Source: Anthoceros angustus (taxonomy: Eukaryota; Plantae; Anthocerotophyta). Taken from it: DNA of 64,000 bases. Shown here piece by piece: positions 1 through 11,902 of this stretch. The notes under the pieces were generated by a model that was not told the origin of the DNA, did no database searches, and saw nothing but the letters and a program-made list of their open reading frames with translations. The position numbers and the translations under genes are program-made. The stretch's first letter is position 1, and each line of letters opens with the position of its first letter. The stretch covers positions 1,302,001 to 1,366,000 of the forward strand of contig MU008169.1 of NCBI GenBank assembly GCA_010909165.1. The letters run 5' to 3'.

Positions 1-858
1 AATCCTGCATCAGGCAGGCCTGAAAGCAGCTGGAAAAGGGCAAACAGGCTGTGCATAAAACAACATCGAACCTGAATCGTGCGGATGGTGAATGGCTTTG
101 GCTCGATATCCACACCTTCGCTTGCAAGAGAGTCGAGCGTATCGACATCCACATGTTCAATCTCTACAGTCAAAGCACCACACCTGATTCACAAACCCAT
201 CCAGATTTTCAGAAGCCTTCAGATGTACACAGGACATACACACAGTGGACAGAGGAAGCGTTACCGTTTTGCGAATTCTCGGACAGCATTGGTATCACGA
301 AAGCTCCCCACAGTGTGCAGAAAGGCAATCCCACTGGCAGGGCAGTCCTCCAGGGGATCCAGTATCGCTATCTTGATCCCCATTTGGGAAGCAGCTTGAC
401 ACAGCATGCGCCCCAGCTGCCCACCACCCAGAACGCCCACCACCGTATCGCAAAGCCCCACCACAGAAGTGCACAGATCATCACTGCCAGAGGGAGCACC
501 CATGTCACACAATGCACCCAGCTAAACAAGCTGGGAAATCACGGAACAGCACAGGTAAACAGAATTGCCTCCTCCTGTACCATTCTGTCAGCTTTGCAGA
601 ACCATCGGTCATGACTGCAGACCCTGAATTGTCCGCCGCAGCTGAGCAGCCCAATTCCGCAGGCTTCCGCCCACCTTCGGGCACGAGCGAGACCCTGCCT
701 CTTCCAGACGCCCGCGTCGGCCCAGAGCATTCAAGCCTGAACGCTGACAGCCTGGTACAGCAGCAGCTCTGCAGATGCGAGAATGGACGTCCCCTGAGCC
801 CCTCGCCCGACGACCATGCTAGCCAGTTCGCAGGGTAGGAGTGGCACAGGGCCCCCAT
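1..858 (-). CDS. ADE2: Plastid phosphoribosylaminoimidazole (AIR) carboxylase, PurK-like N-terminal part; gene runs off the window start
   Basis: ATG 858 opens a transit-peptide-like exon. Spliced exons read DTVVGVLGGGQLGRMLCQAASQMGIKIAILDP...AVREFAKR then CGALTVEIEHVDVDTLDSL, which are PurK ATP-grasp motifs. The PurE domain is not visible. Confidence 0.9.
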
Positions 859-1002
859 GTCCCGTAGCGCCGTTTGCTCTTGTCGGATGGCTCCAGAAGA
901 TGGCTTCTAGAAGGATTTGTTCAAGCCTGTCACGACCCACATTGTTGCCGCTGCTCATAAATTCAAATCTAGGTCTCTCTTCCTTACAAGCAGCTTGAGA
1001 GC

Positions 1003-3117
1003 ATGGCTGCGATGGCTGCAATGGCTGCGATAGCAGCGCCCTGTGCGAATGGAGTCGACTCTCGGGAGCTGGCCTGTACGGCATTCACGCGTGCTGGCAC
1101 TGGCAGCCTCTGCTGCGCTCGTGCATTTTCCGCTCCTGGGAGGTCACTGAGCCTGAGCTTCAGGGAAGCGGTGTTGAAGGAAGATTTGGCCAGTCGAGGC
1201 CGAGTGGCTGCTGGTTGGAAAGTTGTGGAGGAAAATGCTACTCACAAGAACTCGGAGCCACTTCCAATTCGGGAGGCAAGCATGGACGATGTTGTTGTTG
1301 GAATGCTGTGTGACTCTTGTTTGGATCTTGTTGGAATCTTGTTTGAACGTTGGTTTCAGAGTTGTTGAATTTTGGAATGTCGTGGGGTGTTGTGGGCTAT
1401 CGATGAATGGCAGGCTGATGTGAGGCCAGTCCAGGGCGGTGCGGGAGGTGTGAACGTGCTTGTGATCGGCGGAGGGGGGAGGGAACATGCTCTCTGCCAT
1501 GCCCTGCGCCTGTCACGTTCCTGCAGCAATGTATTTTGTGCTCCAGGGAATGCTGGAATCTCTGCAGATGGCTGTGCTACCTGTGTGAAATGGCTTGACG
1601 GATCCAACAAGTGTGACGTACTGTCGTTCTGCGCCATGTATGGAGTAGGGTTGGTGGTTGTTGGGCCGGAGGCACCGCTTGTTACAGGCCTGGTGGATTA
1701 TCTGACGAAATACGGGATTCCCACATTCGGGCCCTCTCAAAGGGCGGCAGCACTGGAAGGTTCTAAGGACTTCATGAAGCGGATCTGTGACAAGTACGAT
1801 ATCCCTACAGCCAAGGTTGTCCAACCAACACGCCAATCCTGGCACTGGAAATGTAGAGAGGAGATAGATTTGATGGATGTTAGTTGCTTGTATCCCTTCC
1901 CTTCCCTTCCCGTCCCTTGGAGATAGATTTGATGGATGTTAGTTGCTTGAATCCCTTCCCTTCCCATCCCTTAGAGATAGATTTGATGGATGTTAGATGA
2001 TTTTATCCCTTCCCTTCCCGTCCCTTCAGCTGTGAGTGTCTGTCTCATGACGGCTCATGTGCATGCAGTATCGATCCTTCTCAGACCCATCAGCTGCCAA
2101 GGCCTACATCCAAGAGCAAGGTGTGCCGATTGTCGTCAAGGCTGACGGACTGGCAGCTGGCAAGGGTGTGATAATAGCAGAGACGCTGCAGCAGGCCTTT
2201 GATGCTGTGGACTCCATGCTTTTGGCGAAGGATTTCGGTGCTGCCGGAGCAGTGATTGTGGTGGAGGAGTTTCTGGATGGCGAGGAGGTATCCTTCTTTG
2301 CAGTGGTCGATGGTCAGCATGCTGTTCCATTGGCGTCGGCCCAGGATCACAAGCGTGTGGGGGATGGGGATACAGGGCCCAACACTGGAGGAATGGGGGC
2401 CTACTCCCCTGCTCCAGCCTTAACTCCCCAGCTGGAGTCGGTGATCATGGAGAGCATTATCTTGCCCACAGTCAAGGGAATGGCAGCCGAAGGAGCCCCA
2501 TTCGTGGGCGTTCTCTACGCAGGAGTAATCATCGAAACCAAAACGGGAATGCCCAAGCTCTTGGAATACAACGTCCGTTTCGGAGACCCAGAATGTCAGG
2601 TGTGCACATCCACCTCCTATCGAACAGGAATAACTATTTTCTTCCCTCCCTCCCTCCCTCACCTTCTTCCTGCTGTGCACAGGTTTTGATGATGCGTTTC
2701 AAGTCAGATCTCGTGCAGCTCTTGATGAAAGCTTGCGCAGGGCAACTGGAGGGAGTCCTTTTGGAGTGGGATGAGTCCCCTGCACTGGTTGTGGTATTGG
2801 CAAGCAGAGGTTACCCTGGCCAATATGCCAGAGGCTCCATCATCAGAAACCTCGTGGAGGCTGAGACCCTGAACCGTGGTGTGAAGATATTCCATGCAGG
2901 CACAGCCTACGATGACTCAGACAACATCATTGCAGTCGGGGGCAGGGTACTCGGAGTTGCAGCCCTGGCTCCAGACATTCTAGCTGCCCAACAGAAGGCT
3001 TACCAGGCTGTGGATGTGATAGACTGGCAAGATGGTTTCTGCAGGCGCGACATCGGATGGCGGGCCGTCTCTCGACTCTCAGAATCAAGACCATCGAAGT
3101 CCGAGTCACTTAGGTGA
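1003..3117 (+). CDS. purD: Phosphoribosylamine-glycine ligase (GAR synthetase), plastid
   Basis: Motifs [80 protein letters not shown] and GGRVLGV. Inferred exons 1003-1275, 1414-1815, 2069-2599 and 2683-3117. Confidence 0.95.
1860..2025. repeat. Three tandem copies of a 54-59 bp unit in purD intron 2
   Basis: GAGATAGATTTGATGGATGTTAG...ATCCCTTCCCTTCCC units start at 1860, 1919 and 1973. Confidence 0.9.
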
Positions 3118-3422
3118 CATCAACATGGCTGGAATTAGGTAGTCTTGGTAAACAAACCAGATGTAGCTAACTTCACGTAGAGCAGACAATTTTGCTGTCA
3201 CCTTTCAAGGCAGCATTCGGCACCTTTCTATCTTTAACGATTCCTGCAGCATCCATTCCTTGCCCCTTCCCTGTTTCACTTCGAGGCAATATCGTCGCGT
3301 TAAGAAGGGTTTACTCAACTTCACTAACTCCGAGAGGTGCAGTGAAGCAAGGGGACGCTACTCCGATTAACCAAACCCTGTGGAAGTTTTCAGCCCGGTC
3401 GAGCGAGGAAGGAGGGCTGGCG

Positions 3423-4750
3423 ATGGCGCAAGCAGCAATGCGGGGCCCCTTGGCCGCGGCCTCCTCCTCGACCTCGGTGCCGTACGGCACGCCATCGCCA
3501 TCGCCATCGCCATCGCCGTCCGCCTGGGGGGCCGCGTGCTCGCCTTCCTCCTCCTTCTCCTGGTCCCATTGCGACTTCTCGAGGCGGGCCGAGGCGGGAG
3601 CCATGGCGTCGTGCGCCAGTCCCCTGGTGGTGGCGAATTCCGTGCGTTCTGGGAGAAATTGCAGGCGGTTCGATGCTTTGGTGGTGAGGTCGGGGTTTTT
3701 GGGCTCCTGGGAGGGGAGGAGTTGGCCGTCCCTGTGCTGCTCTTTGCTTCCACAACGGAACCAGCGAGGGAAGCGCCAGGGTTTGCTGCCGGTAGGCGAG
3801 CGTGGGCCCTGTCCAACCTGGCATTCTCTTCGCTGTGCTACACATGTTAGGTCCATTTGGCCTGATTTCTTGTTTGTTCGAGTACGAAATGTTGCCTGCA
3901 CATGGAGCTGGACTCTGTGAGGGAATTCGACTACCCTAAGCTGCGCAATTCAACTGTTTCGATGCTCCTCAGGTTAGAGCCGCTGCCGGACCGAGTGATG
4001 GAGTGAGGTGGTGGGAGAAGGAAGCAGGACCGAATGTTCACGATATTCATTCAACGCAGGAGTTCATTGATGCCCTTTCCAAAGCCGGGGACAAGCTTGT
4101 GGTTGTGGAGTTTTTCGCTACCTGGTGTGGTTCATGCCGCGCTTTGTATCCTAAGGTACGTGCACAATTCGGATGCGTTAGCGCATGAAGAGAGTGCGAG
4201 TTAACGAACAGAAGCTCGGTTGCGGTGGTGCTTGTGAGCCATCGCATGTTGGTCATGATGTCTAAGCCGTTCTCTCTTTGTAGTAGCTTCTGATATTGTA
4301 TGGAATTTTTCTTTTCTAGTTCTGCAAGCTGGCAGCAGAGCACGAAAATGTGGATTTTCTCAAGGTCAACTTCGATGAAAACAAGCCGATGTGCAAGAGC
4401 TTAAGCATCAAAGTTTTACCGTTTTTTCACTTTTACCGAGGGGCGGATGGGCGCTTGGATGCATTTTCATGTTCACTGTCCAAGGTACGGCTTCTTACAT
4501 TGGCATTTGTGGAAACACTAGTTTTCACCTCGATTGCAACGTCCTTGTAACTGGCGTTTCGTGACTGCATTTTGCTGACTAGTTCGATCGCTGTCTTGGT
4601 GCTTTGCAGTTGCAAAAACTCAAAGATGCAATTGCGACCCACAATACTGATAGGTGTAGTATCGGTCCACCACTTGGTGTTGGAGACATTGACTTAACTG
4701 CTCCAGTAAGCACGTCAGACCAACCTGCTGCAGCCGGCACGTCAAGATGA
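3423..4750 (+). CDS. ACHT: Atypical Cys/His-rich thioredoxin (ACHT, Lilium-type TRX-like), plastid
   Basis: Transit peptide MAQAAMRG..., then [68 protein letters not shown] and [19 protein letters not shown]; stop TGA at 4748-4750. Confidence 0.9.
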
Positions 4751-4804
4751 TTTGTCACAATATCAGTACAGATATTCCATTGTGGATGTGTAAAGTATGT
4801 GCAG

Positions 4805-6387
4805 TTAGTAATCAGCATGATTATTTTCTTTCAGCTTTGTGGTTACACTGGCAGTCCTCTGTCCTGTGAAGCATGTGGCACAAGCTCCGTGCTGAAGGCT
4901 GTTCTGTTGAGTAGTGGTCCCGTGTTTTGTACAACCGTGCAGCAGATTGAATAGCTCCATGTCCAATAATCTCTCTTCCTGCAACTCATCCTGTGAAAAA
5001 GCAGGACGAGTGACTTTGTCGAGTGAGCCGAGGATGGTTCTGACCAGCTCTGGTTCAGGTATCTCAACTCTCTTGTGAAGGAATTTTTCCACGCTTGCCC
5101 ATGCAGCAGCACTCTCACGCCCTATACTTGGTTGCAACTTTCTGACTTGCTCCTTTGGGGCTTTGTACCCTACCAGGATCCTCGTACTGTGTGTCCTGAA
5201 GGCGTATTTGCGTGACCGGGATTTTGGAAGCTTTGTGGGTGTTGCAGAGACATATCTACATACATGTACAGCAACGTCCCCATCATCGAGAATGCACGGG
5301 ATTCTGGCATTTGTGCTGAACGCTGCTGTCAAGTCTCGCGTAGACTGGCCGCACGAAGGGATAATATGAAGGCTGCTTCATGAGCAGGAGTGGCATTGTA
5401 TTTAAGAGGTGACTTGGGTGACGCATTCTTCATTCGGATGTACATATCTGTATATGGATACAAGCAGGGCACACGGAAGAGGAATTTCCTGCCAACTTTC
5501 CGACTTATGAATAACCAATGAGCGATCTTCATACGGATGTACACGCCCTTGGTATACAAGCAGGGCACAGGGAAAAGGAATTTCCTGCCGACTTTCCGAC
5601 TTATGGATACACCAATGAGGCAGTGACCGGTCACAGGTGAAAACGTGAACATTTTGAGCTGTAACATTAAGTGAGCAGGCTTTGTCTCTGCAACCGAATG
5701 CAGGCTGGCTGCCTGGCGGGCAGGCGGGCTGGCGGGCTGGCGGTGGGGTCAGAGCAGCCGAGTGATTGGCCTGCCGTCAGGGTGCTGGACATAGTGACAA
5801 ATGGGCTGTCGCAATGCGGAACTCGAAGCCAGGCCAGGCAAACCTCCCTGTATGACATATATGTACTATACGAAGTGATGGGCTGCCCTCCGCCGACGGT
5901 GCCCGTGTTGCTGCCGCTGGCGACGACTTGTCACGGCGCCTTTTCACCTCCTTTCCTTGTCTGCAGGTTTACATACCCACTGCTGTTTTATATTTGTACC
6001 TACATGCATTGGATTATGCCAGGAAAAGGGTCCCCAGAATATATAACACTGATCAACGTTGGCACTGGGCACATCCCATGCTACATAGCTCCAGGTCTTT
6101 GGGTTCGCCGGATAAGGTGATTGATGATTGCCTTTCTGGTGCCCAGCCGCACCAGCCAGGGCTGACGCGGGAGCGGGCCAGCATTCCTGCCCCACTTTTG
6201 CCCTCACCAGCAGCGTTGTGGCTGGTTTGCTTCCTCGCTTGAGGGTGACAAGGCAGCGCATTGGGATTGGGAGAAAGCAGCTCCGAGGAAGCGTAGGGGG
6301 CAATTGCAATTCCCGAATGGATTGGCCTGCATTGCATGGCATTGCCTTGCATTGCCCTGCCGGTGCCATGTCGGGCCTACAGCACAT
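4805..6387 (-). other. Possible unassigned multi-exon coding locus
   Basis: Long non-low-complexity minus-strand ORFs at 4805-5332, 5329-5667 and 5944-6387; the last begins with a transit-peptide-like stretch. No family recognised, and splice-like signals occur on both strands. Confidence 0.3.
5428..5619. repeat. Two-copy ~99 bp tandem duplication
   Basis: CTTCAT(T/A)CGGATGTACA...CAAGCAGGGCACA...GGAATTTCCTGCC(A/G)ACTTTCCGACTTATG...CCAATGAG occurs at 5428 and 5527. Confidence 0.9.
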
Positions 6388-7126
6388 GGTGGGGGAGTCA
6401 GCAGCAGGGCCGCCTTCCCGGCGTCGTCGACTGGCAGCTCCACCGGCCTTTGCGTGATGAGCTAAGCCGCACTATTGTATGCGAGGGAAGGCAGGTCAAA
6501 GTGAATTCATGCCCCTGAAGGTAGGATCCCCGAGCCCTGCCTTCCTTTTGGCAGAGCCGCGTCAACAAATAGCAAAGGGCCATCTCCGTTTTCCATTTCC
6601 CCGCCGGGCGCCCTGACATCATCATCGACGTCAGCCCCCTTTGGCATGTACCCCAACCCTAAACATGGACAAATTAGGTGTGAGCGCGGTGGGACCGCCC
6701 CTTTATCCACCCCTGCTCCAATCAGGCTACGCTGCTACAGCCCCGGTTCGAACCCGGGATCTCTGACGTTCTTGTCGTCTTGCGCTGTATGTGTATGTCC
6801 ATATGTATGTACATATGACAGTGTGGTGTGGGTCCCGCAGGCTGGACTGTACAAGCGTACAGTCCTGTGTGTTAACGGAGGGGAGTTGGAGCTTGGGTTA
6901 CATAGCGGCGACCGTTGCGAGATACAAGAGTATCTATGTCTCTCTCTCTATGCTCTATGCGCGACCCGGAGGCCGGTCCAGGAAGCCGGGGCGCGGCAGG
7001 AGATAGTTCGGCAAGATAGTTTTGCCGGAGGGTGGCGTAATGGCGTGTGCTCAGCGCTGGCGGGTGGGCAGAACGGAACGTGACGGAACGGGGTGGCGGT
7101 GGGGGTAGCGCCAATGCCTCCCCCCG

Positions 7127-7150
7127 GGGCCCGGGCCCGGGCCCGGGCCC
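7127..7150. repeat. (GGGCCC)4 perfect palindromic repeat
   Basis: Read directly from the sequence; it lies upstream of the COL gene. Confidence 0.9.
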
Positions 7151-7402
7151 ATGGCATGCACCTTTTCCTTTAGCCTTGCTGCTTTTGCTTTGCTTTCCTT
7201 GGCTTTGCTCCAGCAGCATAGAGCGACGAGGCCCCACGATGGCCGGGAGCGGTGATCCCGGGCCTCAACGGGACCAAGCCGGGCCCGGGGTGCTGGGCGG
7301 CACTTTTTGGGCGTCCTCTTCCTGGACCCCGCTTTTCCCCTCTGGATTGGATGCAGCCGCAGCGTCAGCCGCTTGGTGTGGCAGTGGCACCCGGTCCCAG
7401 CA

Positions 7403-7800
7403 TCATCTTCCTTTCCTCCTCTCTTTCCCTCTCCCTCTCCCTCTCCCCCTCCCTCTCCCTCTCCTCTCCCTCCTCCTCCTCCTCCTCCTCCTCCTCCTCT
7501 TCTCACTTGTCCCTCCTCTCCTTTCCCCTCCTGTCCCTCCTTCCCTCTCCTCCCCTCCCCTCCCCTCCCCTCTCTTCTGCTCCTCTGCTGCTAGGCCCTG
7601 CCACTGTGCTGGGTCCTCTTCCTCTTCTGCATACTCGTTGACCGCCTGTCGCATGCGCCATCCCTCTCTCGGCGCCTTGTCCCACTCAATGCACAATCTG
7701 TTGTACAATTTGCTCGCTGCTTTCCCTTCCCTTCCCTTCCCCCCATTCCTTCCTCATTTCGGTCGCTCTCCGCTCCTGTCCGCTTTTTCCTTCTCGGGAT
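7403..7800 (+). repeat. CT-rich polypyrimidine tract in the probable COL leader
   Basis: (CCT)n, (CTCTCC)n and (CCCCT)n runs. Confidence 0.8.
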
Positions 7801-8573
7801 GCCGTGCTTCGCTGGGTTGTACACTCCTTTCCTCTTCTCTGCTGTCGGGCTGATCCTCCCTCGCTTAGTTCAGCTCGGCTCAACTCTGCTCTGCTTTGTT
7901 TCCTGAAGAGCCCTCTTGAATTCGGCTACTGGGCTGCATGCTTGTAGATCATATCGAAGGGGGTGACGTGCCAGCCAACTCTCCTCCCCATTTTGCTAGC
8001 TGGGTGGGTGGATGGCTGGCCTGGCGGAGTCGGGATGGAAGTACTATTCGGTGGATTCCTTCTGCTAGAGTGTGCGACTCGCTGCTTGCGGGATCACGCA
8101 TTTGTGGGTGCATGTTGGAAGTGAGGGGCAGTCCGTGGGTGCGTGGCTAATCCACCGTTGCTTGTACCTCACCCAGCTTCCGTACGCGGGGAGCACTGTT
8201 GTCTAGCTTCATTGTTCCACCTACAGCTGCCCAGTCGCCCACCATCCTTCTAGCGGGAAGCAGGAGCTGATCTCCGGATTTGGAGGTTCTGGCACTTGGT
8301 GGTAGACAAGGCGTAGTCTGTGTGCGGATAAGGTGATAGGACGCTTTGGGTGGTCCATTGGCAGCTGATCCAGGAAGGAGCAACCTTGGAGCAGGAAGCT
8401 CAGCGGTTGATTCTGGATATGGCACGGGGGCTTGAATTGGGTGCTCGCAGTGGATGAATGACTGGACAGGTTGATAAGTGTGGGTAGATTACTTGCACAG
8501 CAGGAGGAGCGGAGGAGGGCAGAGCACATCGCACCTTAGGCTGGCTGCTTGCAGTTCTAGTCCTTTCTCCGCA

Positions 8574-10989
8574 ATGGAGTGTGATTTTTGTGGGGAAGGC
8601 CGCTCAACGGTTTACTGCAGAGCCGATTCTGCGCGGCTGTGCCTCTCGTGCGACAGGCACGTTCACGCAGCGAACGCGTTGTCTAGAAGGCATCAGCGGA
8701 CGCTTCTGTGCGATTGCTGCAATGTCAGACCGGCAGCAGTGCGCTGCACCATTGAAAACATCTCACTGTGCCAGAGTTGCGACTGGGATACACACGGCAG
8801 CAACCCAGCCACGTCCCAGCATAAGCGGCATCCGTTCGAGTGCTTCACGGGATGCCCATCGGCGGCTGAGCTCGCACATTTGTGGGGTTGTGATCTCGCT
8901 GATGCTCCCTCTCCCACTGTTGCCAACTCCGGAGCTCAGGCCAGGCTGTCGTCTCCTGTAGTTGGGGCCAGCAGTTCCAGCCACCAGCTCAGGGATGGCT
9001 GGGCTTCTAGCCCCACTGCTTCTTTGGATGGCTCAGGTGCTGGGCGCAGGACTCAAGCAGGTGACTGGATGAGCCCATCTACTCCTGTGCAGCAGTCGAG
9101 CAGGGACATGAGGGTTTCTGGAGGGAGCATGTCCATGTACCCCGGGATGCCTGCAGTTACAGGGCCGCCTCTTATAGCCAAGGTAATGCAACGACCCACA
9201 ATATGTTTTGCTTCCTTGGCAAGCGATGTAGAATGGGGGAAAGAGTTAGTGTGCATTGCATTGCTGGTATTGTGGTGCTCGTTGTCGTCACATTCGGTAT
9301 GGTGCACTTGCAGGGCCACTTACCCTCTTCTGGTGGAGCACAGGCCAAGTCAAGACAATCCATCCTCCAGCAACTTCATGTACTTCAGAGGCTACAACTT
9401 TCAGACTCTGCTCCTGCTAGTCAACAGGCAAAGCAGCAGGCGTCACAGTCTCGGTCTATGCCCCCCCCGCCCTCCAAGCAGATGCAACACCAACAAAATC
9501 AAGCACAGCAGCAACATCCGCAGCCAGCATATCAAGCACAACAACAGCAGCAGGCACACGAACAGCAGCAGCAACAGCAGCAGAAAGAGCAAGAGCAACA
9601 ACAGCAGCAGCAACAACAGCTGGAGCAACAGCAACAGCATCAAAGGATTATGTTTGAAACACAGCTAGATGTCGAGTCTCGTATTCAACAGACAGAGTCA
9701 GATAGCCACCTTCAACAGTCTCTGGAGCAACCTGCTCAACTGTTGTGCAGTCCTATGAGGGAGCAAGAGTCTCATCTTAAGTCAGATGCAAATGTCGAGG
9801 GTCTTGCTCAAGGTGATTCTTTCTGGAGGTGTAACAACGGTAGTCCACCCAATCAGGTAAAAAGTTCGTCCAAGGATTCTGCTTTCAGTTCTTGCGGTGG
9901 TGAGTAATGAAGGAAGAAGAAGAACAAACTGTGGAATGAATGATGGTGATGGGGAGTTTGGCGACTCCCACCTGGCTTGTTCCTGTTCACAGCTGGTTGA
10001 TGTTCGAAAGCTGCTGTGGTTCTGCAGTTGTGGAATCCAAACATGCAAGATTTAGGCATATGTGCAGGTGAAGAAGGTGATCCGTGTGAAGCGTTCACAA
10101 TGGCAGATGTAGATTTGACTTTTGAGAGCTATGAGGATATCTTTGCCGGCAGCCAGCTACCGACGACAACGGCTTTTGACGAGCTACATGCTGCATGTTC
10201 GTCGATGGGGAATACCGCTGCAGAGCCCACTGGACATATGGACAGCATACCTGAGTCAGAACTTTACAAGCCACTTGATGTAAGTGTCACAACTTGTAAT
10301 TCCTATGGCAGTGCTACGAAACAACATATCTTAACTGTGTCCGCTGACATGCAGATGGGTACAACGTCTTCCATGAACAGCGGTGGTGTTCCTCCAAGGC
10401 CGCGGTCTGATGCCGCAGGACCAGCAGGTCCTGGGCCAGGTCCAGGCCCACCTGAAAATTCAAATCTGAGTAGCTCCGGTGCCCTGTCTGGGTCTGGGAC
10501 ATGTTCAACAGGTGGCAAAGTGGCTCTGTCGTATCCTGCAAGACCAACTGGCTCCAGCTTGTCGTTGTCCTTATCAGGACGAAGTGCGGAAAGCAGTGGT
10601 GCTGAGTACCACGATTGTGGAGTATCGCCTGTTTTCCTTGGCAATGGGGACCCTTCATGGGGAGGAGCAAGTGCGGATAGTGGAGCAATGGCCCAGGCCA
10701 GGGATTCTGCAATGCTCCGCTACAAAGAAAAGAAAAAGACACGGAAGTAAGTATGGAGCACGGGACGTGCTTGCACTTGCTCCAGTCATTGCCTGTCACT
10801 CTTATTCCCTGTTCCTCCGGTTCCTCATTTCCTTCTGGACTTGTGTTGGGTGATGATAGGTTTGAAAAACGTATTCGATATGCTTCACGGAAGGCTCGTG
10901 CAGATATACGCAAGAGGGTAAAGGGCAGGTTTGTGAAGGCAGGACAAGCCTACGACTACGACCCACTTTCTGCAACAAGGAGCTTCTAA
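8574..10989 (+). CDS. COL: CONSTANS-like double B-box/CCT protein (COL9/10-type)
   Basis: B-box1 [32 protein letters not shown] and divergent B-box2 [13 protein letters not shown]...[11 protein letters not shown]. The CCT domain [16 protein letters not shown]|[26 protein letters not shown] is split by an intron. Confidence 0.93.
9484..9645 (+). repeat. CAG/CAA-rich poly-Gln tract in the COL coding exon
   Basis: Encodes [55 protein letters not shown]. Confidence 0.85.
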
Positions 10990-11902
10990 AAATGAGCATA
11001 ATCGAAACGGGGTGTGTATAGATTGCAACCAGGTATCCCTCTCTCCTCGCACCTTCTGCCCCACACTACCTGGGCAGGGAAGGATCCAACAAGGTCTCCA
11101 GCGAGGGCAGTTAGATGCCTGGACAGGGCGGAACTAGGCTTTCTGTGTTGTAGTGCACTATTTTTGATGTACATAGCTGTGGCAGACATCGGAGCAGCGG
11201 CTTGCTCCAAGGTAGCTTTTGTAACGGTCTTGACTCCTCCCCTGTGAGTGAAATATGCTCATGAGACTAGGCATTGAAAGGGAATTAGTGTGGTGTACTC
11301 AGAGAGTTCTGCTTAAGCAAATCTATTTTTTTCACACCATGTCCACTGGGTTTGACAAACAGGAGTGTCACCCAATCCAAGAAAGCAGCTCACGGCCCAT
11401 TGGCCCTCCTCTGCTTTTGTGCCTGCCTGTCACGTTGTGCATTCTTATAGATGCTTGGTGCCGTGCGAGGATAGGCCACGCCTCCTGTCAGGACAGGCCA
11501 GCTCGTGGGACCTCGGAGAGACGCAGCCGAAGCTTCCTCCTTGCTTGCAACCCGCTCCCATGGACCCATGACGATCGCAAAACGATTGCGCATGTAACCG
11601 CCCCTGGCTCCAGTCGTGACCTGACCGTCTCCCGCAGCTGACCTTGACAGTTTTATCTAATATTGTTCAGGCGCAGATCGTTCCGACATTGCGCATTTGC
11701 GCACGCCACAAAACTCATGAAAACTTCGCGGACGGAACGAATTGGGTCGTCTGAAAGTTCCCCATGAGGTGAGCAGCGGCGCGCGAGGCGCGCAGGCCGC
11801 TGGCGACCAGAGCGATCACGGGAAGGAGGTGGGGCATCCGTTCCACCGATATAAATTCCATCCCCGGCTCAGGACTCTCACCGGCGTCCGCATTCCGCAA
11901 AC

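Noticed and set aside
7047-7853. 268-aa ORF with hydrophobic Leu/Pro runs
   Set aside because: It is a translation of the CT microsatellite and GC-rich leader, and starts at a non-ATG codon.
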